Source of the DNA: Macrostomum lignano
Taxonomy: Eukaryota
DNA: 64,000 nucleotides
Assembly: GCA_002269645.1 (NCBI GenBank)
Contig: NIVC01003619.1
Span: forward strand, 23,129 to 87,128
Reading direction: 5' to 3'
Numbering within the stretch: position 1 is the first letter of the stretch; each line of letters begins with the position of its first letter. Made by a program: the position numbers and the translations under genes. The notes below the pieces were generated by a model. The model did no database searches. It was not told the origin of the DNA and worked only from the letters and a program-made list of their open reading frames with translations. Positions 11,239-22,830 of this stretch are shown in pieces.

Positions 11239-11479
11239 CTCTTCACACAGCTTGAGTGGTCAAACAGGCCTAGGATATAGAGCTCAGCTTAAGGCCACAT
11301 TGTCTTGCATAAGGGGGCTCCCATTCGGTGGGGGGTGGGGCTGCCGATTTTGGTGCACATCTTTGCCCCATGACAAGTTGAAAGGAGACAGGGAAAATCG
11401 ATACGGAGAGTTTAAAGAAAGGGAGAAATGGCCACGAAAGCCGGAGAACAAGGAGGCGGGGAGACCAGACAGACTGCAG

Positions 11480-11762
11480 GAGGCCCCGCCCGGCTGAGCG
11501 CAGACCCAGCCAACCCCAATTGGAGAGGCAGAGCCGGGGGTGGGGCGCCGATTTATACCGGCCGGCCTCATCTCGCCAGGGCCCAGGAGGGGCTTCCCCC
11601 CAGCCAGTCATTTGTGATTCAGCGAGGCCCCACCCTCCCAAAGCCCCCCTGCCTTATATACTGCTGCGTGTGGCGCTTTCGGGACCGGTTCTGTCAGGAA
11701 CAGCTGAAGGAGCATTTCCTATCTATTATTGGTTTAGTCAGCTCAGCGAGTCATCACACAAA
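11480..11762 (+). promoter_or_regulatory. Possible Pol II promoter and non-coding first exon (candidate fascin 5' end)
   Basis: GC box CCCGCCC (~11485), CCAAT (~11516), TATA-like CTTATATA (~11652) and a donor-like AAG|GTAAGG at 11762/11763 upstream of two intron-type minisatellites; motif-level evidence only. Confidence 0.3.
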
Positions 11763-11999
11763 GGTAAGGTCTGCTTTTATGCTGGTCTGAAATTGTACGC
11801 TGTCTTTTTGTTCTTTTCTTCAATTAGAAAATTCACGATCCGATGAGAAGCCTTTTTCGTCCTGACTTTCAGCGCGGATGCTAAAAATGAATTTTCAAAT
11901 TATTGTGTCTCATTGAAAGACTTCTTTAAAAATCTCCAGGCTCAAGCAAAATCAGAGTCAGGGCCACTGTTAAAAAGGATCACAGTTCTGATCTGATCC

Positions 12000-13460
12000 T
12001 CTGCTCCTCATCAATCCCAGTCCTCATCAATAGTCCTCATCAGTCATCAATCCTAGTCCAAGTCACTCCCATCAGCCCACCAGTCACTCCCCATCAGTCC
12101 CAGTCACTCCCCATCAGTCCCAGTCACTCCCCATCAGCCCACCAGTCACTCCCCATCAGTCCCAGTCACTCCCCATCAGTCCCAGTCACTCCCCATCAGT
12201 CCCAGTCACTCCCCATCAGTCCCAGTCACTCCCCATCAGTCCCAGTCACTCCCCATCAGTCCCAGTCACTCCCCATCAGTCCCAGTCACTCCCTATCAGT
12301 CCCAGTCACTCCCCATCAGTCCCAGTCACTCCCTATCAGTCCCAGTCACTCCCCATCAGTCCCAGTCACTCCCCATCAGTCCCAGTCACTCCCTATCAGT
12401 CCCAGTCACTCCCCATCAGTCCCAGTCACTCCCCATCAGTCCCAGTCACTCCCCATCAGTGTCAGTCACTCCCCATCAGGGTCAGTCACTCCCCATCAGA
12501 CCCAGTCACTCCCCATCAGTCCGAGTCACTCCCCATCAGTCCAAGTCACTCCCCATCAGTGTCAGTCACTCCCCATCAGTGTCAGTCACTCCCCATCAGT
12601 GTCAGTCACTCCCCATCAGTGTCAGTCACTCCCCATCAGTGTCAGTCACTTCCCATCAGTGTCAGTCACTCCCCATCAGTGTCAGTCACTTCTCATCAGT
12701 GTCAGTCACTCCCCATTAGTGTCAGTCACTCCCCATCAGTGTCAGTCACTCCCCATCAGTGTCAGTCACTCCCCATCAGTGTCAGTCACTCCCCATCAGT
12801 GTCAGTCACTCCCCATCAGTGTCAGTCACTCCCCATCAGTGTCAGTCACTCCCCATCAGTGTCAGTCACTTCCCATCAGTGTCAGTCACTCCCCATTAGT
12901 GTCAGTCACTCCCCATCAGTGTCAGTCACTCCCCATCAGTCCCAGTCACTCCCCATCAGTCCGAGTCACTCCCCATCAGTCCAAGTCACTTCCCATCAGT
13001 GTCAGTCACTCCCCATCAGTGTCAGTCACTCCCCATCAGTGTCAGTCTCTCCCCATCAGTGTCAGTCACTCCCCATCAGTGTCAGTCACTTCCCATCAGT
13101 GTCAGTCACTCCCCATCAGTGTCAGTCACTTCCCATCAGGGTCAGTCACTCCCCATCAGACCCAGTCACTCCCCATCAGTCCGAGTCACTCCCCATCAGT
13201 CCAAGTCACTCCCCATCAGTGTCAGTCACTCCCCATCAGTGTCAGTCACTCCCCATCAGTGTCAGTCACTTCCCATCAGTGTCAGTCACTCCCCATTAGT
13301 GTCAGTCACTCCCCATCAGTGTCAGTCACTCCCCATCAGTGTCAGTCACTCCCCATCAGTGTCAGTCATTCCCCATCAGACCCAGTCACTCCCCATCAGC
13401 CCCAGTCACTCCCCATCAATCCCATCCCAGTCTTTCCCCATTAATCCCAGTCACTTCTAT
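12000..13460. repeat. 20-bp minisatellite CAGTCACTCCCCATCAGT(CC/GT), ~70 copies
   Basis: Continuous tandem array; CCCAGT variant dominates to ~12460, GTCAGT variant afterwards. Confidence 0.97.
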
Positions 13461-15014
13461 CAATCCCAGGATGTTTAACAGAGGTCAGTGAGGATCTGGG
13501 AGGGCAGCAGTGGCCCAGCAACTAAGAGGACCTTAGAGGGTAGTTTCGAGTTGAAATAAAAGTCGCGTTCTCATAAATTTGAAGAGTTGGCGTGCCCTCT
13601 GCTGGGTCCGTATCCGAGCCTTCGCGCTCGCCAATTCTGCCTCGACATGAATTTTATGCCCCTCGGATCCAGCAGCTCCCAGGGCTGCTCGGAGCAGATT
13701 GGCGCCAAAGAGATGGCGAGAACCGGCCAGCGATTCGTGCCCTGTGGGAAAGTGCACCCGACTCCGACTTCTAGCTCGTACTCTCTGCTTCGGCCAAGTT
13801 TCCCGCCCCAACGAGAATCTGCCGCTGAGAATCTTTGACAGGCCAAGCCTCATTCAGCCCTCCTTTTATGCCCAAGGTGTGGCGACGACTCTCGCCAGAC
13901 CTTTTAGTAGCAGTGCAATTTCTGCAACTAAAGCAGAAGTGAAGCACAGCCCACTATAGCAAACAGTTGATATTAGTGAAACTGCGCCAGTCGAAATGCA
14001 GCGCCCTGAAGACTTCAACTCGGAGCTTCCTGACGGATTCCAGCTGGAGCTGAAGGCCGTGAGTTCTCGCCATCTGACTGGCACTGAGTCACCCTGAGTG
14101 TCAACAGCCCGTCCGTCGCTTGCTCACGGGGCCTCCCAGCCAGCAGAGTGAAACCCAGCAGATAAGCCAGGCTCAGTGTAATCGAATTGAAGGCTCAGCG
14201 CAGACAGCCTTCTCCTGATGCTTATGGACCCCGACGCAACCCGCAAGGCCTACAAGGCCCCTCAAACCCATGTCATCAACGTTGAGTCACGCTCTCGAGC
14301 GGGCCGGACAATGGAGGGGGGTGTTGCGACTTGCGAGGAGTTTATAAAACCTGGTAAAATTCAGGGCATACGCGGCCCACGAAGCCTCTCTATCCAGGTA
14401 GTTTGAAACTTCATAATAGCAATCCGGCCCGCTCAAGGTTTGTGTCTCTTTAGTTGTCTTCTCAGTTCTCTCCTCTACCCTTCTCCTCACATCTCTTCTC
14501 TCCTCTTTTCTCTCATCTTCTCTCTTTTCTTCTCTCTTCTTACCTTCTTTCTTAATTATCTCTCTCCTCCCCTCTTCTCTCCTCTCCTTTCTTCTCTCCT
14601 TTCCTCTCTTCTCACTTGAGTTCTCGCCAAGATTTGCCTTCAGAAATAAATTTGACGAGGATTTATGAGTCCAGGTTCTGGCTCTGGGACTCCTTGGCTG
14701 CATTCGGCATGGAAATCTCAATGATTCATCATCGAGCGCCCGCCGCTTTGGTAAGGGCCGGGCCTGTCCGGCAACCGGGCCTCGACACGGGGCCGCCCAC
14801 GTTGCAACTCCTTGGCCGCCTTTTCGGGTTTCCGATTCAGTTCGCAACTCGTCTCGGATTGCCGGTTCCGACATGCCGCTGCATCCACCGATCCTTGCAC
14901 AGCTGCACTGTATCAAATTATGCTGCAGAAAGAGCTGCTCCCAATTTTGTTGCAGAAATACTTGTTAAGGCGTTGAGAAACAGTCAAATTCTGGTAGCTT
15001 TTAGTGACTGACTT

Positions 15015-15720
15015 CTGTGACCTGAATCTCAGTTCCTCAGAGCTGTGCTTGTGACCTGAATCTCAGTTCCTCAGAGCTGTGCTTGTGAGCTGAATCTCAG
15101 TTCCTCAGAGCTGTGCTTGTGAGCTGAATCTCAGTTCCTCAGAGCTGTGCTTGTGACCTGAATCTCAGTTCCTCAGAGCTGTGCTTGTGAGCTGAATTTC
15201 AGTTCCTCAGAGCTGTGCTTGTGAGCTGAATCTCAGTTCCTCAGAGCTGTGCTTGTGAGCTGAATCTCAGTTCCTCAGAGCTGTGCTTGTGAGCTGAATC
15301 TCAGTTCCTCAGAGCTGTGCTTGTGACCTGAATCTCAGTTCCTCAGAGCTGTGCTTGTGAGCTGAATTTCAGTTCTTCAGAGCTGTGCTTGTGAGCTGAA
15401 TCTCAGTTCCTCAGAGCTGTGCTTGTGAGCTGAATCTCAGTTCCTCAGAGCTGTGCTTGTGAGCTGAATCTCAGTTCCTCAGAGCTGTGCTTGTGAGCTG
15501 AATCTCAGTTCCTCAGAGCTGTGCTTGTGAGCTGAATCTCAGTTCCTCAGAGCTGTGCTTGTGAGCTGAATTTCAGTTCCTCAGAGCTGTGCTTGTGAGC
15601 TGAATCTCAGTTCCTCAGAGCTGTGCTTGTGAGCTGAATCTCAGTTCCTCAGAGCTGTGCTTGTGACCTGAATCTCAGTTCCTCAGAGCTGTGCTTGGGT
15701 GCTTGTGACCTGAATCTCCG
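15015..15720. repeat. 34-bp minisatellite TGTGCTTGTGAGCTGAATCTCAGTTCCTCAGAGC, ~20 copies
   Basis: Near-identical tandem copies ending about 45 bp before the acceptor of the first fascin coding exon. Confidence 0.97.
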
Positions 15721-15776
15721 TCCTGCTCATCAAAGTGCTCAAAACCCCACTGCCCACCCTGCAGTTCGTGGACAAA

Positions 15777-18700
15777 ATGGACCAGAACGGCGGCGTCATT
15801 CCCGGCCGGGTTGCCAATGGCAACGGAGTGGCCGGCAGCACCAACGGCCACGGCCCGTCAAAACCGCAGCAGCCGCAGGCCGGAGACCCGGACGAATCGC
15901 TGAAGTGGCGGGTGGGGCTGCGCAACGCCAGCGGCAAGTTCCTGACTGCCGAGCCCTTCGGCTTCAAGCTCAACGCCTCCGGAGCGTCGCTGAAGATGCG
16001 CCAGACCTGGGTGCTGGTGCCCGACCCCGAGCACCCGTCAACCGTCTGTCTGAAGTCTCACCTCAACAGGTGAGTTTTGATTGCTCCTCAAGTTTTGTGA
16101 ATCCAGTTTGAAGTCGCTTTCACTGCTTCTGAATTCTGCCAGACTTGCCTGACCATTCAGCAGCCCTGAAGTGACAAATCCCTCCACAGACCCTTCATGA
16201 GCCTTTCATGGACCCTTTAGCATCCCTTCACAAACCCTTCATAGAGCATTCACCATTCCCTTCATAGAGAATTCACCATTCCCTTCATAGAGCGTTTACC
16301 ATTCCCTTCATAGAGCATTCACCATTCCCTTCATAGAGAATTCACCATTCCCTTCATAGAGCGTTCACCATTCCCTTCATAGACCCTTCATGATCATCAT
16401 CCCTTCACAAACTCCGACCCCCGCCACCCGCCAGGTTCCTGTCCGCCGACAAGGACGGTCTGGTGTCCTGCTCCAGCGAGGAGGCCGGCCCGGAGACCCG
16501 CTTCATCATTGAGTACGCCGGCGATGGGGTTCAGTGGGCGCTGAAGAGCGCGCAGCACGGCCTGTACTTCTCCGGCGAGGAGGACCGCGTCAAGTGCTTC
16601 TCCAAGGCGCCCGTCTGGTGGACCTGCCAGCTCGCGCTGCACCCTCAGGTGGGCAACCGGCAGGTTAAAAAACTTTTTCTGCTCTCTCCTGCTCACCCTC
16701 TCTCCTGCTCACCCTCTCTTCTGCTCACCCTCTCTCCTGCTCACCCTCTCTCCTTCTCACCCTCTCTCCTGCTCACCCTCTCTCCTGCTCACCCTCTCTT
16801 CTGCTCACCCTCTCTCCTGCTCACCCTCTCTTCTGCTCACCCTCTCTCCTCACCCTCTCTCCTCACCCTCCTTCTCACCCTCTCTCCTGCTCACCCTCTC
16901 TCCTGCTCACCCTCTCTCCTTCTCACCCTCTCTCCTGCTCACCCTCTCTCCTGCTCACCCTCTCTCCTCCGCAGCTTCTCTTCTCACTCTCTCTCCTCAC
17001 CCTCTCTCCTCACCCTCTCTCCTCACCCTCTCTCCTCACCCTCTCTCCTCACCCTCTCTCCTCACCCTCTCTCTTCACCCTCTCTCCTCACCCTCTCTCC
17101 TCACCCTCTCTCCTCACCCTCTCTCCTCACCCTCTCTCCTCACCCTCTCTCCTCACCCTCTCTCCTCACCCTCTCTCCTCACCCTCTCTCCTCACCCTCC
17201 TCACTCTCTCTCCTCACCCTCTCTCCTCACCCTCTCTCCTCACTCTCTCTCCTTCTCACCCTCTCATCTTCCAACATTCTCTCCGCCCGTCAGGTGCACG
17301 TGAAGAACCTGAACCGCGGCCGCTACCTCCGGCTCGGCAGTGGCGAGATCTCCGCCGACCGGGTGAACCCGTGGGGCGCCGAGAGCCTCATCACTCTGAT
17401 GAAGCGCGACGGCCGCGTGGCCATCCGGGCCTCGGACGGGCGCTACCTGGCCCGCGGCGGCGAGCTGCTGGACCGTCTGGACGAGGCTGAGTCGCTGTTC
17501 TCCATCCAGGTGCACTGCGGCCCCTGCCCCGGACTGGCCTTCAAGGTGAGTCATATTGAAGAAATGCAAAACTCATTGAAAATGCCGATTGTACTTGTGT
17601 ACTTTTGTACTTCTTCTCATGACCTTCCGTCATCCTTGCGCCGCGCCCGCAGGACAGCGCAGGCCGCTTCCTCACCAACATCGGCGCCACGGGCACCAGC
17701 AAGACGAAGAACCAGACGGTGTCCAAGGACGAGCTGTTCGTGCTGGAGGACAGCTACCCGCAGATCGCCGTCAAGGCCTTCAATGGGCGGTACGCCAGCA
17801 TCAAGCAGGGTGAGTGAGGCAGCTGGCATGGTGCCTCATCTTGATTGAGCTGCGCCTAGTCTGTGTGCCTTTACCTGATACTCGTAAATCTGTAGAATTG
17901 CGGCCTAAAATCCCAAATCGTGATTAGCAACTACTGCAATCACAGGCCACACCAAGCTGGCAAAATGTTTAGTCTCCCATAACCAGGAACCAGTTCACAG
18001 ACAGGGGCGTCCCTTCTGATTTGCACAGTGAAGCTCAGCGTTTACCAATTTCTGGGGCTGACTTGGGCGCGCCTCGGTTCCTTACCCAGGCAGTTTATTT
18101 ACTTTACTGCCGGCCGTGTTGATTGCTGCTTCCGCGTTTTCTGCTTCTGGGATTTGGGAAGTTGGAAAGGGGGGTGGCGGGTTGGGGCGGTTCGTCAGAT
18201 TTCCTCGCCCTTTCCCGCTGAGCTGTAGGTGCGGCATGAGTCATAGCCCGCAGTCTGCTGCACTGAGCGGCTGAAGCATCTGAAGCACCTGAGGTTGGCA
18301 GCAGGACACTGAAGCACCTGAGGTTGGCAGCAGGACACTGAAGCACCTGAGGTTGGCAGCAGGACACTGAAGCACCCGAGGTTGGCAGCAGGACGCTAAA
18401 GTGCAGCAGGGTGACACGCTGGCATCCTTCATTCAAAAAGCCGTGAATTCTGTGTGCTGCAATCCCTCAGACGAAATGCCAAAGCTGCCCAGACAGACGC
18501 TCCATCCCGCTATGACTTACCGTTCGTCAAAGCGCCATGCAGCCCCGCAACAATTTCTGGAATATTCCAAGCAGCAGCCATGACGCGAATTTCTTTGCCG
18601 CCGTCCCAGGAGGATGCCCGGCTTATCAGTGTCTGCCTGGCGGCGGACTGGGAATGCACAGAGTGTCAGCTGGCTTATGAAGGCTGTTGGATTTTGTATG

Positions 18701-21252
18701 CCATATTTCATAGCGTGGTTGGCAAACCCTCTTCCAGCACTTGCTATCCACCTGCGGAGACACCTGGCTTCAGGCTGATTAGTTAAGTTTATCACGAACC
18801 CGCAGGCCAGGACCTGAACGCCAACCAGAGCGACATCGACGTCACCGAAACCTACCAGCTGGAGTTCCACGCTGCCAGCGGCAAGTGGCGATTCCGCACC
18901 AAGGACGACAAGTTCTGGAAGCTGTCCACCGTGGGCAGCGGCATCAGCGCGACTGGGGACTCTCGGTGAGAGGCTGACAAGTTCTGGGGCTTTGGGTTAC
19001 TGGATCTTCAGTTGGGATTTGTGAGGAACACTGGGAGGATCTGAACTCTAGAGTAGGGATCTAGAGCAGGGATCTGGAGTAGGGATCTAGAGCAGGGATC
19101 TAGAGCAGGGATCTGGAGTAGGGATCTAGAGTAGGGATCTCGAGCAGGGATCTGGAGTAGGGATCTAGAGTAGGGATCTAGAGTAGGGATCTAGAGTAGG
19201 GATCTAGAGCAGGGATCTGGAGTAGGGATCTAGAGTAGGGATCTAGAGTAGGGATCTAGAGTAGGGATCTAGAGTAGGGATCTAGCGCAGGGATTTAGAG
19301 CAGGGATCTAGAGTAGGGATCTAGCGCAGGGATCTGGAGTAGGGATCTAGAGAAGGGATCTGGAGTAGGGATCTAGAGAAGGGATCTAGAGTAGAAATCT
19401 ACAGTAGGGATATAGAGAAGGGATTTGGAGTAGGGATCTAGAGTAGGGATCTAGAGCAGGGATCTGGAGTAGGGATCTAGAGTAGGGATCTAGAGCAGGG
19501 ATTTAGAGTAGGGATCTCGAGCAGGGATCTAGAGTAGGAATCTAGCGCAGGGATTTAGAGCAGGGATCTAGAGTAGGGATCTAGCGCAGGGATCTAGAGG
19601 AGGGATCTATAGTAGGGATCTAGAGAAGGGATCTGGAGTAGGGATCTAGAGTAGGGATCTACAGTAGGGATCTAGAGAAGGGATCTGGAGTATGGATCTA
19701 GAGTAGGGATCTACAGTAGGGATCTAGAGTAGGGATCTAGAGAAGGGATCTAGAGCAGGGATCTAGAGCAGGGATCTAGAGTAGGGATCTAGAGTAGGGA
19801 TCTAGAGTAGGGATCTAGAGTAGGGATCGGGATTACAAAAGGGTGATTGAGATGGAACTGCTATTCCCGCCGCCGCAGGGACCAGTCCACCCTGTTCGCC
19901 ATGGAGTACCAGCCCAAGGGCCGGGTGGCCCTGAAGTGCTCGAACGGCAGTTACCTGTCCGCCAAGAAGCTGGGCGCAGTGAACGCCACTGGCAGCGAGG
20001 TGAAGTCGGAGGAGCAGTTTCAGCTGGTGCTGCTCAACCGGCCCATTGTGGTGTTCCGCTGCGACTTCGGCTTCGTGGGCATCAAGAATAGCCGGCTGGA
20101 GTGCAACCTGGTGAGCTACGATGCCTTCAACCTGGAGGTGTCCGACAGCGGCTTCTACCACATCAGGGGTGAGTCCTGAGTATGAGTCCTGCTGGCTGGG
20201 GTGAGTCCTGTGGGCTGGGGTGAGTCCTGCGGGCTGGGGGGTGAGTCCTGCATGTGAGTCCTGCGGATTGGGGTGAGTCCTGCGGGCTGGGGTGAGTCTT
20301 ACCTCGGTGACTTAATTATGCGAATATTTTAAATATCGGGAATTTCGGTTTTTCAAGTGTTTGTGAATTGAGACCTTATTAATTATAACAATTGGGGATT
20401 ATGAGAATTTGGGATTGTGAGAGTTGGTGATGGTGAGAGTTGGGGATTGTGAGAGTTGGGGATTGTGAGAGTTGGGGATTGTGAGAGTTGGGGATTGTGA
20501 GAGTTGGGGATTGTGAGAGTTGTGGATTGTGAGAGTTGGGGATTGTGAGAGTTGGGGATTGTGAGAGTTGGGGATTTGGAGAGTTGGGGATTGTGAGAGT
20601 TGGGGATTGTGAGAGTTGGGGATTGTGAGAGTTGTGGATTGTGAGAGTTGGGGATTTTGAGAGTTGTGGATTGTGAGAGTTGGGGATTGTGAGAGTTGGG
20701 GATTGTGAGAGTTGGGGATTTGGAGAGTTGGGGATTGTGAGAGTTGGGGATTGTGAGAGTTGGGGATTGTGAGAGTTGTGGATTGTGAGAGTTGGGGATT
20801 TTGAGAGTTGTGGATTATGAGAGTTGGGGATTGTGAGAGTTGGGGATTGTGAGAGTTGGGGATTGTGAGAGTTAGGGATTTGGAGAGTTGTGGATTGTGA
20901 GAGTTGGGGATTTGATAGTTGGGGATTGTGAGAGTTGTGGATTGTGAGAGTTAGAGATAGTGAGAATTGGGGACTACAAGAAGTAGGGGATTATTAAAAT
21001 GGGGGATTATAAAATTTAGACCTTCATCTCTCCATCCCACACCCGCCAGGCTCCGAGGGCTTCTGGTGCGTGCAGGCGGACGGGAGCATCTCTTTCAAAG
21101 GCGAGCGGCCCGAGGAGTTCCTGCTGGAGTTCCGCAGCCGCTCCTGCGTTGCCATCCAGGCCAGTAACGGTTGCTACGTGCGCGGCGAGCAGAACGGCAC
21201 CATGCGGGCGGACGCCGACGAAATCCGGGCCGCCTGCCTGTGGGAGTACTGA
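15777..21252 (+). CDS. FSCN: Fascin (singed) actin-bundling protein; coding exons 15777-16069, 16435-16648, 17294-17545, 17653-17809, 18806-18965, 19879-20168, 21050-21252
   Basis: VGLRNASGKFLTAEPFGFKLNASGASLK, LKSHLNR|FLSADKDG, HPQ|VHVKN, PWGAESLITL, DELFVLEDSYPQ, SIKQG|QDLNANQ, LLNRPIVVFRCDFGFVG, terminal LWEY: four beta-trefoil fascin signature; all junctions GT-AG and in frame. Confidence 0.96.
16200..16405. repeat. Intronic minisatellite, ~23-bp CCATTCCCTTCATAGAGCATTCA (fascin intron)
   Basis: About 7 tandem copies in intron 16070-16434. Confidence 0.9.
16680..17275. repeat. Intronic pyrimidine-rich minisatellite (CTCTCTCCT(G)CTCACC-type)
   Basis: Fills intron 16649-17293; read through in frame by the automatic ORF as SPAHPLS repeats. 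Confidence 0.93.
18280..18395. repeat. Intronic 29-bp repeat CTGAAGCACCTGAGGTTGGCAGCAGGACA x4
   Basis: Four tandem copies in intron 17810-18805. Confidence 0.9.
19045..19830. repeat. Intronic 13-bp minisatellite AGTAGGGATCTAG, ~60 copies
   Basis: Fills most of intron 18966-19878. Confidence 0.96.
20165..20300 (+). repeat. Splice-donor-derived repeat (GGG|GTGAGTCCTG, ~8 copies)
   Basis: The first copy is the real donor at 20169; later copies repeat GTGAGTCC. Confidence 0.85.
20400..20965. repeat. Intronic 16-bp G-rich minisatellite GAGAGTTGGGGATTGT, ~35 copies
   Basis: Tandem array in intron 20169-21049. Confidence 0.96.
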
Positions 21253-21492
21253 CGCACTCTCGAGTTCGCGCGCACTTGCCTGCATAAGTACTGACGCACT
21301 CTCGAGTTCGCGCGCACTTGCCTGCATAAGTACTGACGCACTCTCGAGTTCGCGCGCACTTGCCTGCATAAGTACTGACGCATTCTCGAGTTCGCGCGCA
21401 CTTGCCTGCATAAGTACTGACGCATTCTCGAGTTCGCGCGCACTTGCCTGCATAAGTACTGACGCATTCTCGAGTTCGCGCGCACTTGCCCG
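21250..21492. repeat. 42-bp minisatellite starting at the fascin stop codon (~5.5 copies)
   Basis: Unit GACGCACTCTCGAGTTCGCGCGCACTTGCCTGCATAAGTACT; copies at 21251, 21293 etc. Confidence 0.95.
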
Positions 21493-22569
21493 CAGTGACT
21501 CGGCAATTTTGTTTCTTAGAAAATCTGAACAATCCGGCGAGCTAAAAAAGATAAAAAAATGAATTTTTCAGCACCGAACCCGTCAGCACAACCCCCTCAC
21601 CGAGTTCGTTAAGCTTTCTTAGAAATGTGAATGAGAGATTTATGCAAGTTTTCACATGTTAGGCACATATGCACTGAGCTTGTGTTGAAAAATGAAATTC
21701 AAATCCCTGCAGCGCAATTTTGGGGCAGATCCGGCCTTCAAATATTTTCCTAGAAATGAAGTGTCGCCTATGTCTCTGAAGTCGCTCTTAAATGCGTTTT
21801 GTCGCTGTTGACCACATTCTAAAAAACTCCGTAACCCGTCTACATACTACTTATTAGTAATACTTGTCTGCTTTTCTACTTTTTTATATTGCAACCCCGA
21901 TTCAAATCCGAGTAGGTCCGCATGCGGCTTTTTATTCGGCAACTTTAAGCTTCAAACTCGAAAACCATGAATTTCTAATGCTGTTAAACTACTTCCAGTA
22001 GCAGCGAGGCGCGAGTTCGTCAGTAGCTCTTTGCAACAATAAAGCTGACTCAGTTGCTAATCCCAAGCATTCAGCTGCTGCATTTGCTTCTTTCTTTTCT
22101 GCCGGGCTGGCGTGCACTTTTGTAGTTGGGAAAGATTTTCGCAAGAGTTGCCAGAGTGAGTCGCACAATAGCAGCCTCAGTGACTGCTTTTGCAGTTTCG
22201 CCTGTGGGCTCAGCCAGAACAATGCCTGCTGCAGCCGCTCCCGCATCTACGCTGTCTCAAGATGCAGCCTAAGAGCAGCTGGGGGGCACAGCTCGGCTCG
22301 CGTGCACTACAGGAGCTGATGCAGCATCGGAGAGGCTGGGGTCGCGGGAGGAAATTGCTGCTATACCGGTAAGTGTCCCATGTTGACCTGCTTGTTCACT
22401 CGCTCCGGAAACCGGAGATCAACTGTGTGAGCAGTCGAGATGAAGCTGGAAATTCGCCTCGCAGCATCTTGTTCTGCCCCTTACCTAGCCACCCACTGTG
22501 CAGAAATGCTCTCCTTTATAACCTCTTGATCTGGGGAAAAGCTGGGACAAAGTAGTTACTTAGTTACTC

Positions 22570-22830
22570 AGTGGCTCAATGACTCAAGCGGCTCGGTGAC
22601 TCAGTGACTCAAGCGGCTCGGTGACTCAGTGACTCAAGCGGCTCGGAGACTCAGTGACTCAAGCGGCTCGGAGACTCAGTGACTCAAGCGGCTCGGTGAC
22701 TCAGTGACTCAAGCGGCTCGGAGACTCAGTGACTCAAGCGGCTCGGAGACTCAGTGACTCAAGCGGCTCGGAGACTCAGTGACTCAAGCGGCTCGGAGAC
22801 TCAGTGACTCAAGCGGCTCAATGACTCATT
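22570..22830. repeat. 25-bp minisatellite (G(T/A)GACTCAGTGACTCAAGCGGCTCG) x10
   Basis: Ten tandem copies upstream of the NACHT-WD gene; each carries TGACTCA. Confidence 0.95.

Noticed and set aside
12459-13478. Long ORFs with SVTPHQCQSLPIS repeats (also 6423-6856, 6614-7441, 21016-21562, 24696-25130, 25329-26102, 52665-53368, 54476-55621, 57314-58147)
   Set aside because: They are translations of stop-free minisatellites in introns or UTRs and have no independent coding evidence.
14287-14916. Minus-strand ORF with a charged EERR-rich segment
   Set aside because: The charged part is just the translation of a CT-rich low-complexity tract; no domain is recognisable.
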